A stretch of 64,000 bases of DNA from Octopus sinensis (lineage: Eukaryota): positions 70,618,001 to 70,682,000 of the forward strand of contig NC_042997.1 of assembly GCF_006345805.1 (NCBI RefSeq), in the 5' to 3' direction. The notes under the pieces are model-generated. The model did not search any database and was not told the origin of the DNA. It saw only the letters and a program-made list of their open reading frames with translations. The translations under genes were made by a program, and so were the position numbers. Numbering within the stretch: the stretch's first letter is position 1; the number at the start of each line of letters is the position of its first letter. Below, one piece after another: positions 12,785 through 26,958 of the stretch.

Positions 12785-14720
12785 GGACAGGGATCAAAAC
12801 AGTTTGATTCAAATTCATTGCTACGCCGAGTTTCAAGTGGGATGTCAATCCTCAGCTACTGGGACTCGAAGTACCAAAGAATTTGAATCACACTGTTTTG
12901 ATCGATGTATGTAACTCCCAATAAATGTGTTGAGTGCCCTTCTCTTGTTTTCCCACTCACTCATGTATGTATATATATATATACATATATATATATATAA
13001 ACTATGGTATATTCCTATAAATACATAGATGTACCTCTAGTGTTGAAGTGATTCGAAACGACAACACCAGTATCGAGAGTCCAACATATCTTTCAGTGAT
13101 TGCTGTGGAAATGAAAATATAGAAATAAAACCTGAATATTGATATAACCTTATATGCTGTTGCGATCAATTAAATTATTTATGGTAATTAGCAAAAATAT
13201 GATAACATTATAAATAAGATTAAAATCAAAATCCAACGATGTTGGAGGAAATTATGTTTTTGTAACCTTACTAATCATCAAGCAAAACAAAACGAAAAAC
13301 GATAAAATGCTAGGAAAGATGAAACTACAAATCTATTTAAATAACATTCCGCGAATAAATATTTTTAATTTGATATTTTTCAACCTTAGGCTAATAGCTA
13401 ATGGCATCAAAACAGGGCTTTTTGTGGCTGAAGAAAAAAGAAACAAAGAAATCCGAAAAGAAGTAGCCTCAGAGAACATTATTGATTTTCTCACTCAAGA
13501 ATTTTTAAATATTTTTGTTTATTTCGCATGGCATTTACATAAAACGATTTAACTTGGTTGCTTGCAAAACAGATTAAAGACATATAAGACTGTGTATATG
13601 CACATGTTTATTTACATATATCATCAAATCTCCGTCACCGCCAGCGACACATACTTGTTAACTTGAAAACTATTTGGAAACATAGTATTGAGTTTTAATG
13701 AGTCTGTCATTCAGATTATGTGCGTTTGTTAAAGAATTCTATATTGTTGTTGATGTTGATGAATATTTAAGGTTAGGGATACTTTTTTTATGCAATCTTT
13801 CAATGAAAACTTGCATTACTCTAGCTTTAATATGTGTCCTTTATCATTAACATATAAAAATAATTTATCTAAATGCTTCGATCATGTATTTACGCTTTCC
13901 TTCTTCGGTTGATGTTTAGAAAATATTCTATAATCTAAGCCATAGAACTTGTCTAAAAATAATAGTTTTGAGCCAAAGTTACCATTGATTTCGCACCTAC
14001 AAAGCACAGTATAAGCGACTCGTCAGTCTCAAATGGCTGAAGGCACGTAACTTCTCTACAACAGGAGGAAGAAATTATGTAACAGTGAGTTGGTTTTGTA
14101 AGCAAAAAATAATTGCCCCTGTTGCAAGCTGAACGAGGTTAGCGGGACGGGGTTATTGCCCTTACATTGGCCCCGGTTATGGTGATATTCGAAAGAGCAG
14201 TAGCGAGACTATTCAACGAATGGAGAATAGCAAGTCTGAAGTAGGAAACGTTTTAGATGACGGCATTGATTGAATTCATCGTTCGTGGAGTTTAGAAAGG
14301 GCCTTGAGTTGAAGGATTTTTTTTAGGATTCTTGCCCTTACACCGAAACAAAGATTGAGCAAACGATGTAAGAAGGTAGAGAAAAGTGTAGAAATTTATT
14401 CAGTTCATGCAACTCAAAAATGTACTCCACCCTTCATGATACAAGTTCTATTTTTCATAAACCGAGTTAAACCCAGTGGAGGATTATCCACACTAACCTT
14501 ATCGTGTTTCTAAAAGAAAAAAAGTAGAAAAAAATGTTAAATATACACTGCATGTATTTAACACTAAGAAAAGGTGTAGAGAATCTGTTTTAATAACAAA
14601 TCTCTCAGTGATATCACCATTGTTTGTGCATGTAGTGTAGTGAATGTGTTTATGTTAACGAGAACTAATAAGAGTAGATGCCGTAGCTGTTGACAATATC
14701 GCGTCATATTGTTGACAAAG

Positions 14721-15010
14721 TGAAGGCGCGTGGCTAACTGGTTAGGGGTATAAGTTCATGATCGTAAAGCCGTAAGCACGATTCCCGGTGGTGGGTTGCT
14801 TGAGTCCCTTCAGCTGGAAAAATGAGTTGTGCCTGTATTTCGAAAAGCTAGCTTACTCACTGTGACACACTGAATCTCCTTGAGAACTATATTAAGAGTA
14901 CGCGTGTTTGTGGGGTGTTCAGCGACTTGCACGTTAATTTTACGAGCAGGCTGTTACGTTGATCGGATCAACTGGAACCGTCATCGTCGTAATTGATGGA
15001 GTGTCAGTTT
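14721..15010 (+). mobile_element. Degenerate tRNA-derived SINE
   Basis: Head gaaggcgcgtggctaactggttagg..gatcgt..gattccc and cagctggaaaaatgagttg resemble 12386. Confidence 0.6.
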
Positions 15011-15663
15011 GTTGACAAAAAATATAAGCGTAACCTTCACATTGCCAAAGACTACATAACAGCAAGATGAATTCAAATTTACACATTCCAGTGAAGACTA
15101 CCACGGTGAGACTCCCTAGTAATTATTACCATTTTTCTTGTAGAAGTATTGTACATACATGGATGTAGACATATATACATGCATAGACACAAACTCATAC
15201 ATAAATACATGTGTGTGTGAGTGTGTGTGTGTGTGTGTATAGAAGACAAAGAGATGACAGCGGAAATAACAAATACTATGTAGAGGACATCATTAGCGAT
15301 CAGTTGCGTCTGCTAAAAGCAGTGGTGGACTTTTAGTTGAGTACCAAGAAAACATCCTATAGCTTCAACAAAGACTTGAATATGAGGTGCACATTACTTG
15401 TGAAATTTATATTTTTAGAACATGATGGGTCCACCACATCTTATTGTAGAAACATCTGTAAGCTAATGAAGTTCATTACATAACATTTGATTTTACTGTG
15501 TTTTCTCTTTCGTTTCTATTTTCACCCTATGCTCATACAGAATTGTGTTCTGGGCCACACATATATTGAGTTCTACACCAGGTTATCAGTTTCGTTGTAC
15601 CTAACCAAAATGTTAACACACACATACATATACATGTATATGTATATATATATATATATACAC

Positions 15664-15748
<85 letters not shown>

Positions 15749-16284
15749 TATAAGTTCACCAAAATTTTAGATTCAAATGAATATGATACTTAATTTAGAT
15801 GCACCAGAATTTTGTATGGTGTTATCCATAAAAATCCGTGGGGTGATTATAATCAAAATAAGCAACAAGAATGACTCTGGTATTTGGTACAATCGTTTCG
15901 TACTACATCATTTTATTAAATGTTGTAAGTATCACAACAGATTTAAGATGCTGAGTACTCATCAGCCAATTATAGAGGTTTTCCATTGATACAAAAGTTT
16001 TCAAATCAAGTCGCAACATTATAGAGAAGGTAGATACACAGACAAAGATGTGGATTTAAATTTTAAGAACATATGAGGTAGTGAAGTCCTTCCACTGACT
16101 GACTAAGATATGGCTGTTCTTAACTGCTGTAAGGTTAGAAGCAATAAAGATTTTTTAATTGTTGAAATGGTCTAAAGGAGGTTTCAGAACTCCATAAAAG
16201 AAATTCATGTTGAAGACAGCAATTGCCACTAATAAATGACAATTACTGCTATTTGGTGAGAGAAACTAGGTCAATGTCAATGTA

Positions 16285-17435
16285 TTGATTGATTGATTGA
16301 TTCTAGTTTCAGCTTATGAGCTGTGGCCATGCTGGGGCACCGCCATTTGGTGTTGCTACTTGGTTTCACTTCATGGAGGCTTTCTAGCAAGTGTTATTTG
16401 GTGTATGAGAGAGTTCGATGCAGCTGCCCTCATCTGCCCCTCCTGCTGTGAAGTTGGTTCATCTGGGACATCTGACAGGAAGAGATCCAGCTCCATTTTA
16501 AAGACATCTGTATCCACCCCATGCAGGTCTCTCAGGTTCTTCGGGAGGATATTGAAGAGCTGTGGGCCTCGGAAGCCCAGGCTATCACAGAATCTTGTCC
16601 TACATCTTGATGGCAAGTTTGGAGTCCTAGGCACCACGCAGTGGCGCCCAGTTCTGGCATTTGCGTTACTCTCGATGCCAAAGTTCAGGACACTTCCCTC
16701 CAGGATCTTCCAGATGTATATTATGGCATATCTTTCCCGCCTACGCTCCAGGTAATATAATTTTAATCTCTTGAGTCTTTCCCAGTAGCTTACATTCTGC
16801 ATAGAGGCTATCTTCTTCGTGTAGCTTCGTTGGATCGCCTCAAGTTCTGTGATCAACTTGACACTGGATGGTGACCATAGCTGAGAGCATTAGTCAAAGT
16901 GGCTTAGGACAAGTGTCTTCCAGAGGACCATCATGGTTTCTTGTTCTCTTGTTCTAAAGGTTCTAAGAATCCATCCAGCCAGCCGTCTGCATTTCATTGT
17001 CAGTTTAGCAACATGTACATGAAAGGTCGCGTCATCACTCATGTGAATACCCAGGTCACGCACTGATTGTGCCTCTGGGATTGCAATCCCTCCGGGTCCA
17101 GTTTATTCCTTGGGTACTGCATTCAGTTTTGCATGCTGATAGTATAAAGCTTGAAACTTTTCAGCATTGAACTGCATGCTATTCTTTTCAGCCCACTTGT
17201 ATATTTCGTCCAGCTCATATTGCAGGTGCCTAGTGTCTTCAGGGTTCTGTATTGCCTGTGAAACTTTTGTATCATCTGCATAACTTGTGATCGTGGCTCT
17301 CCGCGTGGCTGAGGGCATGTCTGAGAGGGCCATTATGAACAGTAGTGGTCCCAAAACAGTGCCCTGTGGAACACCGCTCACTATTTGCGTGCTAATGGAA
17401 GTGGCCCCATTGGCTACTACCACCTGACTTCTATT
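16285..17435 (-). mobile_element. CR1-clade LINE, 5'-truncated (RT C-half, 3' UTR, (AATC)n tail)
   Basis: GVPQGTVLGPLLF, YADDTK, QFNAEKFQ, ELEAIQRSYTK..SYWERLKRLKL..LERRRERY and GPQLFNILP motifs; few disablements. Confidence 0.92.
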
Positions 17436-17580
17436 CTTCTATTCTACACAAGTGCAAACAAGGGAGTCAGAGAAAGGCAGAATGCCACCTATATCTGAAC
17501 ACTACTATGGAAGTATTCCTTTAAAAAAACCTTTCTTCTAATTTTTCTTAATGTTTCTAAATTTAATTATTTAATCGTTA

Positions 17581-17618
17581 CAGTTGAAAAGGTCTCAAAA
17601 TGACCGAAACCGGTACTG
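17581..17618 (+). ncRNA. Relic minimal type-I hammerhead ribozyme (Penelope-type)
   Basis: cag-TTGAAAA-GGTC-tcaaaat-GACC-GAAA-CCGG-TA-ctg: stem I cag/ctg, perfect stem II, palindromic stem III. The core deviates from CUGAnGA at two positions. Confidence 0.55.
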
Positions 17619-17676
17619 AAAGATTCACTATAAAATCATCTTAGCATTTTCTATGTTTGACTTGTTTTTTCATATA

Positions 17677-17708
<32 letters not shown>

Positions 17709-17722
17709 CATATATATTTTTT

Positions 17723-17810
17723 TATTTTATAGAAGGAGCTTCTACAGGACTAGAACTGTTTCATTTGAATGAAACAGTTCTAGTCCTGTAGAAGCTCCTT
17801 CTATAAAATA
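17723..17810. repeat. Perfect 43-bp-arm palindrome
   Basis: 17723-17765 is the exact reverse complement of 17768-17810, with a 2-nt spacer. Confidence 0.95.
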
Positions 17811-17952
17811 GATTAATTTACACTGCTATGTATTGAGTACCTTATTTACTGTGGTTAACCCCGACTCAACCCGAGACCTACATATATACATATATATATA
17901 CTATATATATATAGATATATATATATATACATTATATATATATATATATATC

Positions 17953-17983
<31 letters not shown>

Positions 17984-17984
17984 C

Positions 17985-18019
<35 letters not shown>

Positions 18020-18074
18020 TATATTATATATATATATATATATATATGCATGTATGTCTGTATGTGTTTTTATT

Positions 18075-18320
18075 GGATGAGGTCATACTGGGTCACCGCC
18101 TTTTTGTCTGTTTCAGTTTCTTTCCTGTATTGTTTCTATTTTGTATTTCCTGGACCGATTTCGTGTAATCCGGTATATCAAACAGAAATGTGTCCAAATC
18201 TTCTTTGAAAACCTTTACACATTCACCTCGAAGATCTCAAAGGTTGTTTGCGGAATGTTTAATACTTGTGGCCCTTAAATCCCAAGATATTAGAATACTA
18301 CGTTCTTATTCTAAATGGAG
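18075..18320 (-). mobile_element. Older diverged CR1 3' fragment
   Basis: Aligns by eye to 16330-16590 (GFKGPQ..NIP.NLRDL.G...VFKEDLD after shifts) and has the tail motif ggcggtgacccagtatgacc. Confidence 0.65.
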
Positions 18321-19789
18321 AAGACAGGGTCTACGGTTCTATGCAGTGTCGTCTATTTCGTTACTTCGTGTAGTTTGGATTTTCGATGCGTACATCACTG
18401 CATATCTTACGCATCTTCTCTCTGAGCGGGCATTCTGAGTTACTTTAGCGTCTCCCAGTACTTCATCTATTGTACCCATTGAAGTGAACACGGAATTACG
18501 AATCGGAGGAATTACACCGTGAATGATACGCAAGAGAAGTCTTTGGCGTTAAATACTGATCGATGTGGTTAGCCGTAACCTAGAACATAACTGAGAGCCA
18601 TCACGGTATCCACCCAGATGATATATCTCTCCAAACTCCAATATACATATTTGTGTGTGAGTGTGTGTGCGCGCGTGTGTGTGAGTGTGTGTAGATAGAT
18701 ATAGATATAGAAAGATAGATGGATAAATAAATACACACATACATACTTACATGCATACGTACGTACGTACATACATACATACATACATACATACATAAGA
18801 ATGATGCAAATATAACTATATGGAACAACACATTTTGAGTACATTTGCTCCTTTATAAAAATACAAAGAAGCACATACACATAACACACACACAAATAAA
18901 TAATATACATTTACACACTTGTGTGTGTGTGTGAGTATGTGTGTGTTGTGCGTATATGTGTATATATGTCTATAGGTTAATATATATAAAACATACATCG
19001 TTTGCATACTTTCACAATCCTTATCTCCACTTTAGTTTTGTAATGTGATATATATTAGCTCCTGATGAGTTCCATGTATTTCATTTTGTAGTGGCATCCG
19101 GTCACATCTCTAAGTGTCAACAACTCCGAACCTTTCTCAGCCTATTAATTTCGTTTTTGCTTTTGTTCTGGAAACCATTAAACGATCCATTTCCTGCATT
19201 CTTATGAAAGAAATATTTATATAATTCTTCATTGATCAATATCACATCTGTAATGGTATCTCCTACCGAAAACAACTGGTGAAATTTAGCATTAGCTTTT
19301 CACAGACACACGCAGGCAGACCTCGTATACAGCATACACACACATTGTTTTTTTTTATATTAAAATTCAAAGTTATTAGCGTACACAATGCATTGTTGCG
19401 TTTGAATCGTTTCAGCATTTCTTCGCCATGAATAACTTAAAAGGATCAGTTTCGTACATTTTATATTATTGACAAGATATCGTGAATACTATATGATAGA
19501 ATAAAAGCGTGTGAGTAATATGAGTGGAATTTGATAGACAGAGACTTTGGAGTATCTTATGAGATTGGTGTTTATGTATATATATATATATACAGACATG
19601 ACAGAAGCAAATAGACTCCCTTATAATCATTAAAATTTATATAAATCTGAAATTATATATTCAAATTATTTATTAATTGTTATAATGTGAATATTTAATA
19701 TTTAGTAGACATGCCCTGTGTATTTTTCAATGCATGGACCCTATTAGGCATGTTACTGATCAGATGACAAGTATTCTCTTGCGGAATTT

Positions 19790-20680
19790 CTTGCTAAGCT
19801 TCATGCAATAATCTCAAAAGGTCTGGACTTGAAGAAGCTTTCTTTTTCTTTTTATGAAGTGTCTGTCCATTATGTCCCAGAGGTGTTCAATAAGGTTCAT
19901 ATCTGATGAGTGACTTGGGCATGGAAGATTTTTAATACCATTCTCATCCAACAAATCTTGGGTCATTTTAGTCGTCCTCCATAAATAAAGAGTCATCTCT
20001 AATAATTTCACTACTGGAGATTAGAAAGAGTCCTTTCTGCAATATGAACACATTTGTCTGAGTTTATGTTTCCCTCACACTTCACCAGCTCTGCTCACCC
20101 ACCACTCCAAATTGCTCCTCAGACAATGACAGAATAGCTGTTGTGCTTCATTGTTGGCTGCAAACTTTCCATATCAAATTATTGATCACAGTCTCCAGAC
20201 CCACACTCGAATTCTATCATGGAATACAGCAAATCTGGACACATCAGAAAATATGACAATGTCTCAAAATGGTAGTTGGCCTCTCCACCATTTCACTGGC
20301 CCATTCATTTCTCCGCTTGATATTGGTTGGTCGAAGAAGCGGCTTCCTTCTTTCTGCTCTAATTATGTTTGTGAAGATACTTGACAGATGTTTAGGGACT
20401 TACATCAACTTGTTCTTCTATGTAAGAGGCCCTACAACGAGGATTATCCTCCACACTTCTCTTAGCAAAGAGAAGGGTCCTGTCCTAGTTGATCTGGGCG
20501 AGGTGATTTGGTCTACTTCCCCTTTCTGGAGAATTGAACAATCACTCTATTAACGGTAGAAGGCTGGATCACAAGGTTTTCTGAGGTTTTACGCTGACTA
20601 TATCCACCTTCAGAATGACCCACGAAAAAGGCTTCTTAGAAATTCAGACAGTTCTGGGGCTTCCTTTGGACATGGCATGA
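19790..20680 (-). mobile_element. Tc1-family transposase pseudogene
   Basis: [18 protein letters not shown] (HTH), RKPLL..EWA, VIFSDVSRF, V*GAIW and LPCPSHSSDMNLIEHLWD (SPDLNPIE-like). Confidence 0.8.
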
Positions 20681-20980
20681 TTAAACAGTCACATATAGAA
20701 CCTAAAATATAAACATGTCAGTTAATAAAAAGTATAGACCTTTACAAGTTAGAATAAACATAAAACGATGTTTTATGAGGGGTGTCTTCTGTTTTACTTT
20801 TGTCATGTGCGTATATATATATATATATATATATTTATATAATATATATATATATATATATATAATATATATATATATGTATATGAGCATGTATTTATGT
20901 ATATGAGTATGTATAAATATATATATATATGTATGCATGTATATATATAAATGTATGTATATATATGTATGTATGTATGC

Positions 20981-21011
<31 letters not shown>

Positions 21012-21220
21012 ATATATATATATATATAAATCCATCAAAGCCACAGAAGAATCACTAAATTAATACAGGCAGGATAGGAAAAAATTACTTGAATAAGAAT
21101 TGTATGTCAGCTCCGCAAAGGTTGCGGGAGGAATGCCAAGTAATCTAATATCTCGATTTTGAATTTAGGGCTGAAGGCACTCGAATCTCCTCTGTCAGAT
21201 CTACTAGTAATAATCATCCT

Positions 21221-21425
21221 CTTATTCTTTTATTATTTTACTTGTTTCAGCCATTTAACTGCGGCCATGCTGGAGCACCGCCTTTAGTCGAACAATACGA
21301 TCCCCGGACTTATTCTTTGTAAGCCTAGTACTTATTCTGTCAGGCACTTTTGCCAAACCGCTATGTAACGCGGACGTAAACACACGAACATCGGTTGCCA
21401 AGCGATGGTGACGGGGCAAACACAA

Positions 21426-21485
<60 letters not shown>

Positions 21486-21500
21486 TGTGTGTGTGTGTGT

Positions 21501-21558
<58 letters not shown>

Positions 21559-21674
21559 TATATATATATATATATTTAATATTTAGTAGACATGCTATAT
21601 ATATAGCAGTGGGACTGTACCCGGAATCATGTGGTTGGGGAGCAAGCTTCTTACCAAACAACTACTCTTGCGCC
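21221..21674 (-). mobile_element. Main SINE family copy with internal (TA)n/(TG)n
   Basis: Same head, body and tail as 710-1187. Confidence 0.85.
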
Positions 21675-23469
21675 TATAGATATAAATATATTTTATATGT
21701 TATATATGTATTTATTAATTTTACCTATACGATTTTACGTTTGCGGTCACTAATTTTATTTTTATGAATATTCTTATATATATATATATATAACTACGCA
21801 GGTGGTGTTGCCGCTTTCTTTTCCTCTTTGAACTCTTCCCTTTCTTCTTTCCGATAAAGAGCAATGCTCGAAATATCAAACTCTCTCGTCTCAGCTTGCA
21901 TCAAACTAATATATTCCTCGTGCACGTCAACTTTTCTGTTAATTTTATTCGTTTATTTTGCTCATTTGAATTGTGTGTGTGTGTGTGTGTGTGTGTTTGT
22001 GGTGAAAAAAAACTTGTAGTGACGGTTGTAAAGAAAGTCTAGTGTTATTGGTTACCTGCTGTCATTATTTAGTAGAAATGCACCTGCTCCCGGTTTTACA
22101 TCAGAAATTCCAGAGTTTATATGAAGTAAATTGAAATGGCGAAAAGACAGAGCGAGGAACAACTTATTTAGAACGTTACCTGAGTTAATGTATTATACAT
22201 CTGTGATGCAAGACAATTAATTGTACATTATCTCACCTATGAGCTACAGGTCGACACAATTTCTGTCCCTGATCTACACACACACACATACGCACACATA
22301 GTTATTTCATGTGTGTGTGTGCGTGTGTTTTTTCAATGTGTGTTTACAGATTTAGACATAAGCTTATAAGTGTGTATGTGCATACGTGTGTGTACGCATC
22401 AATGCATGTTTATACATAGTAACTGATTTGTGCATGCTATACAATGCAGGTTTGTTTTGCACTTCATTTTCACTTTCTATGAAAGTATTTGTCCATGTAG
22501 CATATATGTTGGTATAATATATTATATTCTTAGCTTGAACAGTAATTACAGGGCTTCTGATGTTCCTCACATTTCCCTTTTTCGTAAACATCAACGCCTA
22601 GGCATTCATCATTTACTGCAATTTTGTGAAAACGTGAAGTAAGATGGTAATAGAAATTCTATTCGAATATATTTGATTCGCTACTAAAGAATAAGAAATG
22701 TCTACACCTTCCACTATCAACTACAAGAAAGTAGTTTGTTAATTTGCTAATCTGACCGACAAGACAATTCGTTGGTAAAAATCAATATCTATGATCATTG
22801 TTGGATACCAACACATTCCATTAATGAAAAAATACTAATATAAGAACGGTTCATAAGGGATTATCCAACCGCTAAAGAATATGCGCCTGTGAAAATGATC
22901 ATGGTTACATGATTATTTAGCACTAGGGAAACACAATTAAAACCTGTCGATGTGATCAGTAATACCTGGGGCAATCGAGAGGTGACAGAAATGAAAATCA
23001 GTCAAGAAAAATCAACGAGATTGCAGCTCCGCACGTGGAGAATCAGGTCAACGCTGGATTAAACATATAATTTGGGGAAATAATTTTTACAGATATATTT
23101 GTGGAATGTAAGAGAGAGACAAAAACAAAGATAGAAAACTATCTCACAATGTTATATAATGCACTCAGTAAATGAAAATTATATATATACAACAGGCTTC
23201 TCTCAGTTTCCGGCTACCAAATAAACAGCCTTGGTGGGCCCGATACGCGCGCTCGCGCGTGTGTGTTATAGTATAGACTGTTATTTACATTGACACACAA
23301 CAGATGTTCTGAGTGGCCACATTCTATGGACTCCATTCCAGTTGACCGGACTTTATTTTATCGTGTCTGAAATAAGAAATATTAAGACTACTTCAGCTGG
23401 ATATAACTGCAGAAAGTAAAAGGGTTTACCCTGGCAAACTGCTGCTCTACCGATCAGTCATCCGCCGTC

Positions 23470-24250
<781 letters not shown>

Positions 24251-24729
24251 AATCCTTTCTACTATAAGCACAAGGCCGGTAATTTCGGGGCGGAGGACAT
24301 TTGATTACATCGACCCCAGTGCGCAGCTGGTGCTAATAATTTTACGACGCTTAAAGAATAAAAATAGAAGTCGAACACAAGAAGAGGAAAAATAGGGAAA
24401 ACAATAATAACTATAACAATAACAACAACCATGACAACAGAAATAATGCTTTCAAGTTCGGGAGAGGAGCTAAGTCGATTAAATCGACCACAGGGCTCAA
24501 CTGGCACTTATTTTATCGGCTTCAAGAGAATTGTTTGTACTGCAGACTAGCTCACTCTATCGACGTTCATTGAACAGGAGCACGGTGTATCAGGTGTCAG
24601 GTGTCGAAGTGGTCTCAGAGCAACATGAGCTGAAGTGTTTTTGCTCAAAAACACAACCTAAAACTCGGCCCAGGGATTGATATAATGATCTAACGATCAT
24701 GAGTGCAACACCTTGATCCTCACTAATAA

Positions 24730-24797
<68 letters not shown>

Positions 24798-24817
24798 ATA
24801 ATAACAATAATAATAAT

Positions 24818-25379
24818 AAAGATGCTAAAACTTGTTGAAAACATGAAAGACAAAAAAACTACACTCTATTCTGAAAGAGAGCAAAAATTCGCTACTGATC
24901 TCTTGGATTGATCAGGTTGAAGGAAATGCGCCAACTGCTACTGCAAAGAAAATAAAATTAATTGCAAAGCACCTGAAAAATTAGCTAGCAGATGGGAACA
25001 GAAACCTCTGCATAGCAAGTATGTTGCCCGTAGCAAACAAGCTGATGTTGATCAGAAACATACGCATCAATGGTTACGAAGCTCAGGGCTAAAAGCAGAG
25101 AGTGAAGGTTCCATATTGGCTGCTCAAGACCAAAGCTTATTAATCCGGAGCTACCAAGCCAATGTGATAAAAAATGGAGCTGACCCAAAATGTCGATTCT
25201 GTAACGATGAGATTGAAATTATAGGCCACCTAATCTCAGGGTGTAGAGTCTTAGCACCTGTAGAATATAAAGTAAGACATGACAGAGTCGGCCAGTATTT
25301 ACACTGGAAAATATGTCGGCATCATAAAATCAAAACCGCTGACAAATGGTATAAACACCATCCTGAAGCTGTGACTGAG
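24818..25379 (+). mobile_element. Dong/R4 fragment 1 (pre-RLE and zinc knuckle)
   Basis: WLRSSGLKAESEG..AAQDQSL..CRFC..HLISGC..HDRVGQYLHW. Close relative of 29402-30506. Follows a (TAG)/(TAA) array. Confidence 0.9.
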
Positions 25380-26885
25380 CTGTGAGGGGTATTTGAAGGT
25401 GATGGAATCAAACATTCAATCATGTGGGAAAGGATCAGAAGAGAATGTTATCGCAGGGTAAGGCAATACTCAGGACAGAGCTGAATGTAGGAAACGTGAT
25501 TGAAGCGATCACTATTTTAGCCGTACCGGTCGTGACTTACAGTTTCAATATCATTAACTGGTCAACTACTGGAATATGTAAACATGACAGAAAAATAAGA
25601 AAATTGCTGACAATGCATATCTCCTTAGGGAGATATAAAACGACTTTACTTGCCAGGAAAAGAGGGTGGCCGGGGACTTTTACAGCTCGAATTAACAATG
25701 AAGATTACCAAAATTGGCCTAAACACATACCTGAAAAACACTGATGACCAGATGTTAAAACCTGTCTTAAAGCATGAAAACAAGAAAGCATCATACTCAG
25801 TACCAAAACAGGCAAACGAATATCTAACCGAATTCCAAATACAACAAATCCCAGAATTAGACGTACTGGAAGCAAGCACAGAAAAAGCTAAGCGCATGAA
25901 AACCCGTGCTAAAACTGTTGCCTCTCAATGGCAAATACCCCAAAACCTCTCAATGGCAAATACCCCAAAACCTCTCAATAGCAAATACCCAAAGAAAGCT
26001 AATAATGCCGATGTTGACAAAGAACTTACCCATCCATAGTTAGTGTCTTCTGGCTTAAAATCAGAAACAGACGGTTTTATCATAGAAGCCCATGTTCAAT
26101 GCCTACCTACCAGGAGCTACCAGGCCAACATATTGAAGAACGGCAGTAGCTTAACATGTCGTTTACGTAAACAACAAATGAAACCATTAATCATGTTGTC
26201 TCCATGTGCAGTCTTCTTGCGCCAACAGAATATCTTAACGGGCATGATAGAGCAGCACAGTATATTGCAAAAACCTGGACCTACTCCATGATAAAAATTA
26301 GTGGGAACACAAACCATCTCCAGGGCTTGAAAACTATCACATCTCACTCCACTGGAACTTCACCGTTCAAACTGACAGAAAGATAGAAGCGAATAGGCCA
26401 GACATTGTATTGAAAGACTTCAGACAAATATCATGCCTCCTCAATGGACATAAATATATCTGCCAAGACCTACCAAAAAGTGAGCAAGTATAACGATCTT
26501 GAAATACAGATTGGCAAAATATGGAGCCTGAAGACTACAACAATACCTGTTGTCATAGTTGCCCTACGAATGATAGCAAAAACGGCTGATTACTACCCAG
26601 CTCAGATACCCAAAATGGCTCAGAAAACCCAAAATGGCGGAAATTCAAGAGATAGTACGCATGGAAACTGCTCGTATCCTACGTAAAATACTTTCTATGT
26701 AATCTCAAATTTTAAAACAAACTTATAATTTACTTGTTTTCTAAAACATTCTGTAGAATAATACTATGTGTAAAACGAAATATGACACTCTAGGCATAAC
26801 ACCAACTTGAAATTCTAACATGTTGCAGGAGGTCTCTGGGTGGGAGTTGGAGTCAACTTGTACAAATACAAGGCAAAAGTCAAAC

Positions 26886-26888
<3 letters not shown>
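25380..26888 (+). mobile_element. Dong/R4 fragment 2 (thumb to 3' UTR), degraded
   Basis: RRVRAILRTELN, GGRGLLQLE, SGLKSETDG, NRPDIV, KYNDLEI and IPVVI motifs. The 3' UTR ends gcaaaagtcaaacata-(TAA)n. Confidence 0.9.

Positions 26889-26957
<69 letters not shown>

Positions 26958-26958
<1 letters not shown>

Noticed and set aside
19125-19260. Second candidate minus-strand exon (GDTITDV..RLRK) forming a PDZ-like domain with 22056-22179
   Set aside because: Weak donor, incompatible phases and no convincing domain pattern.
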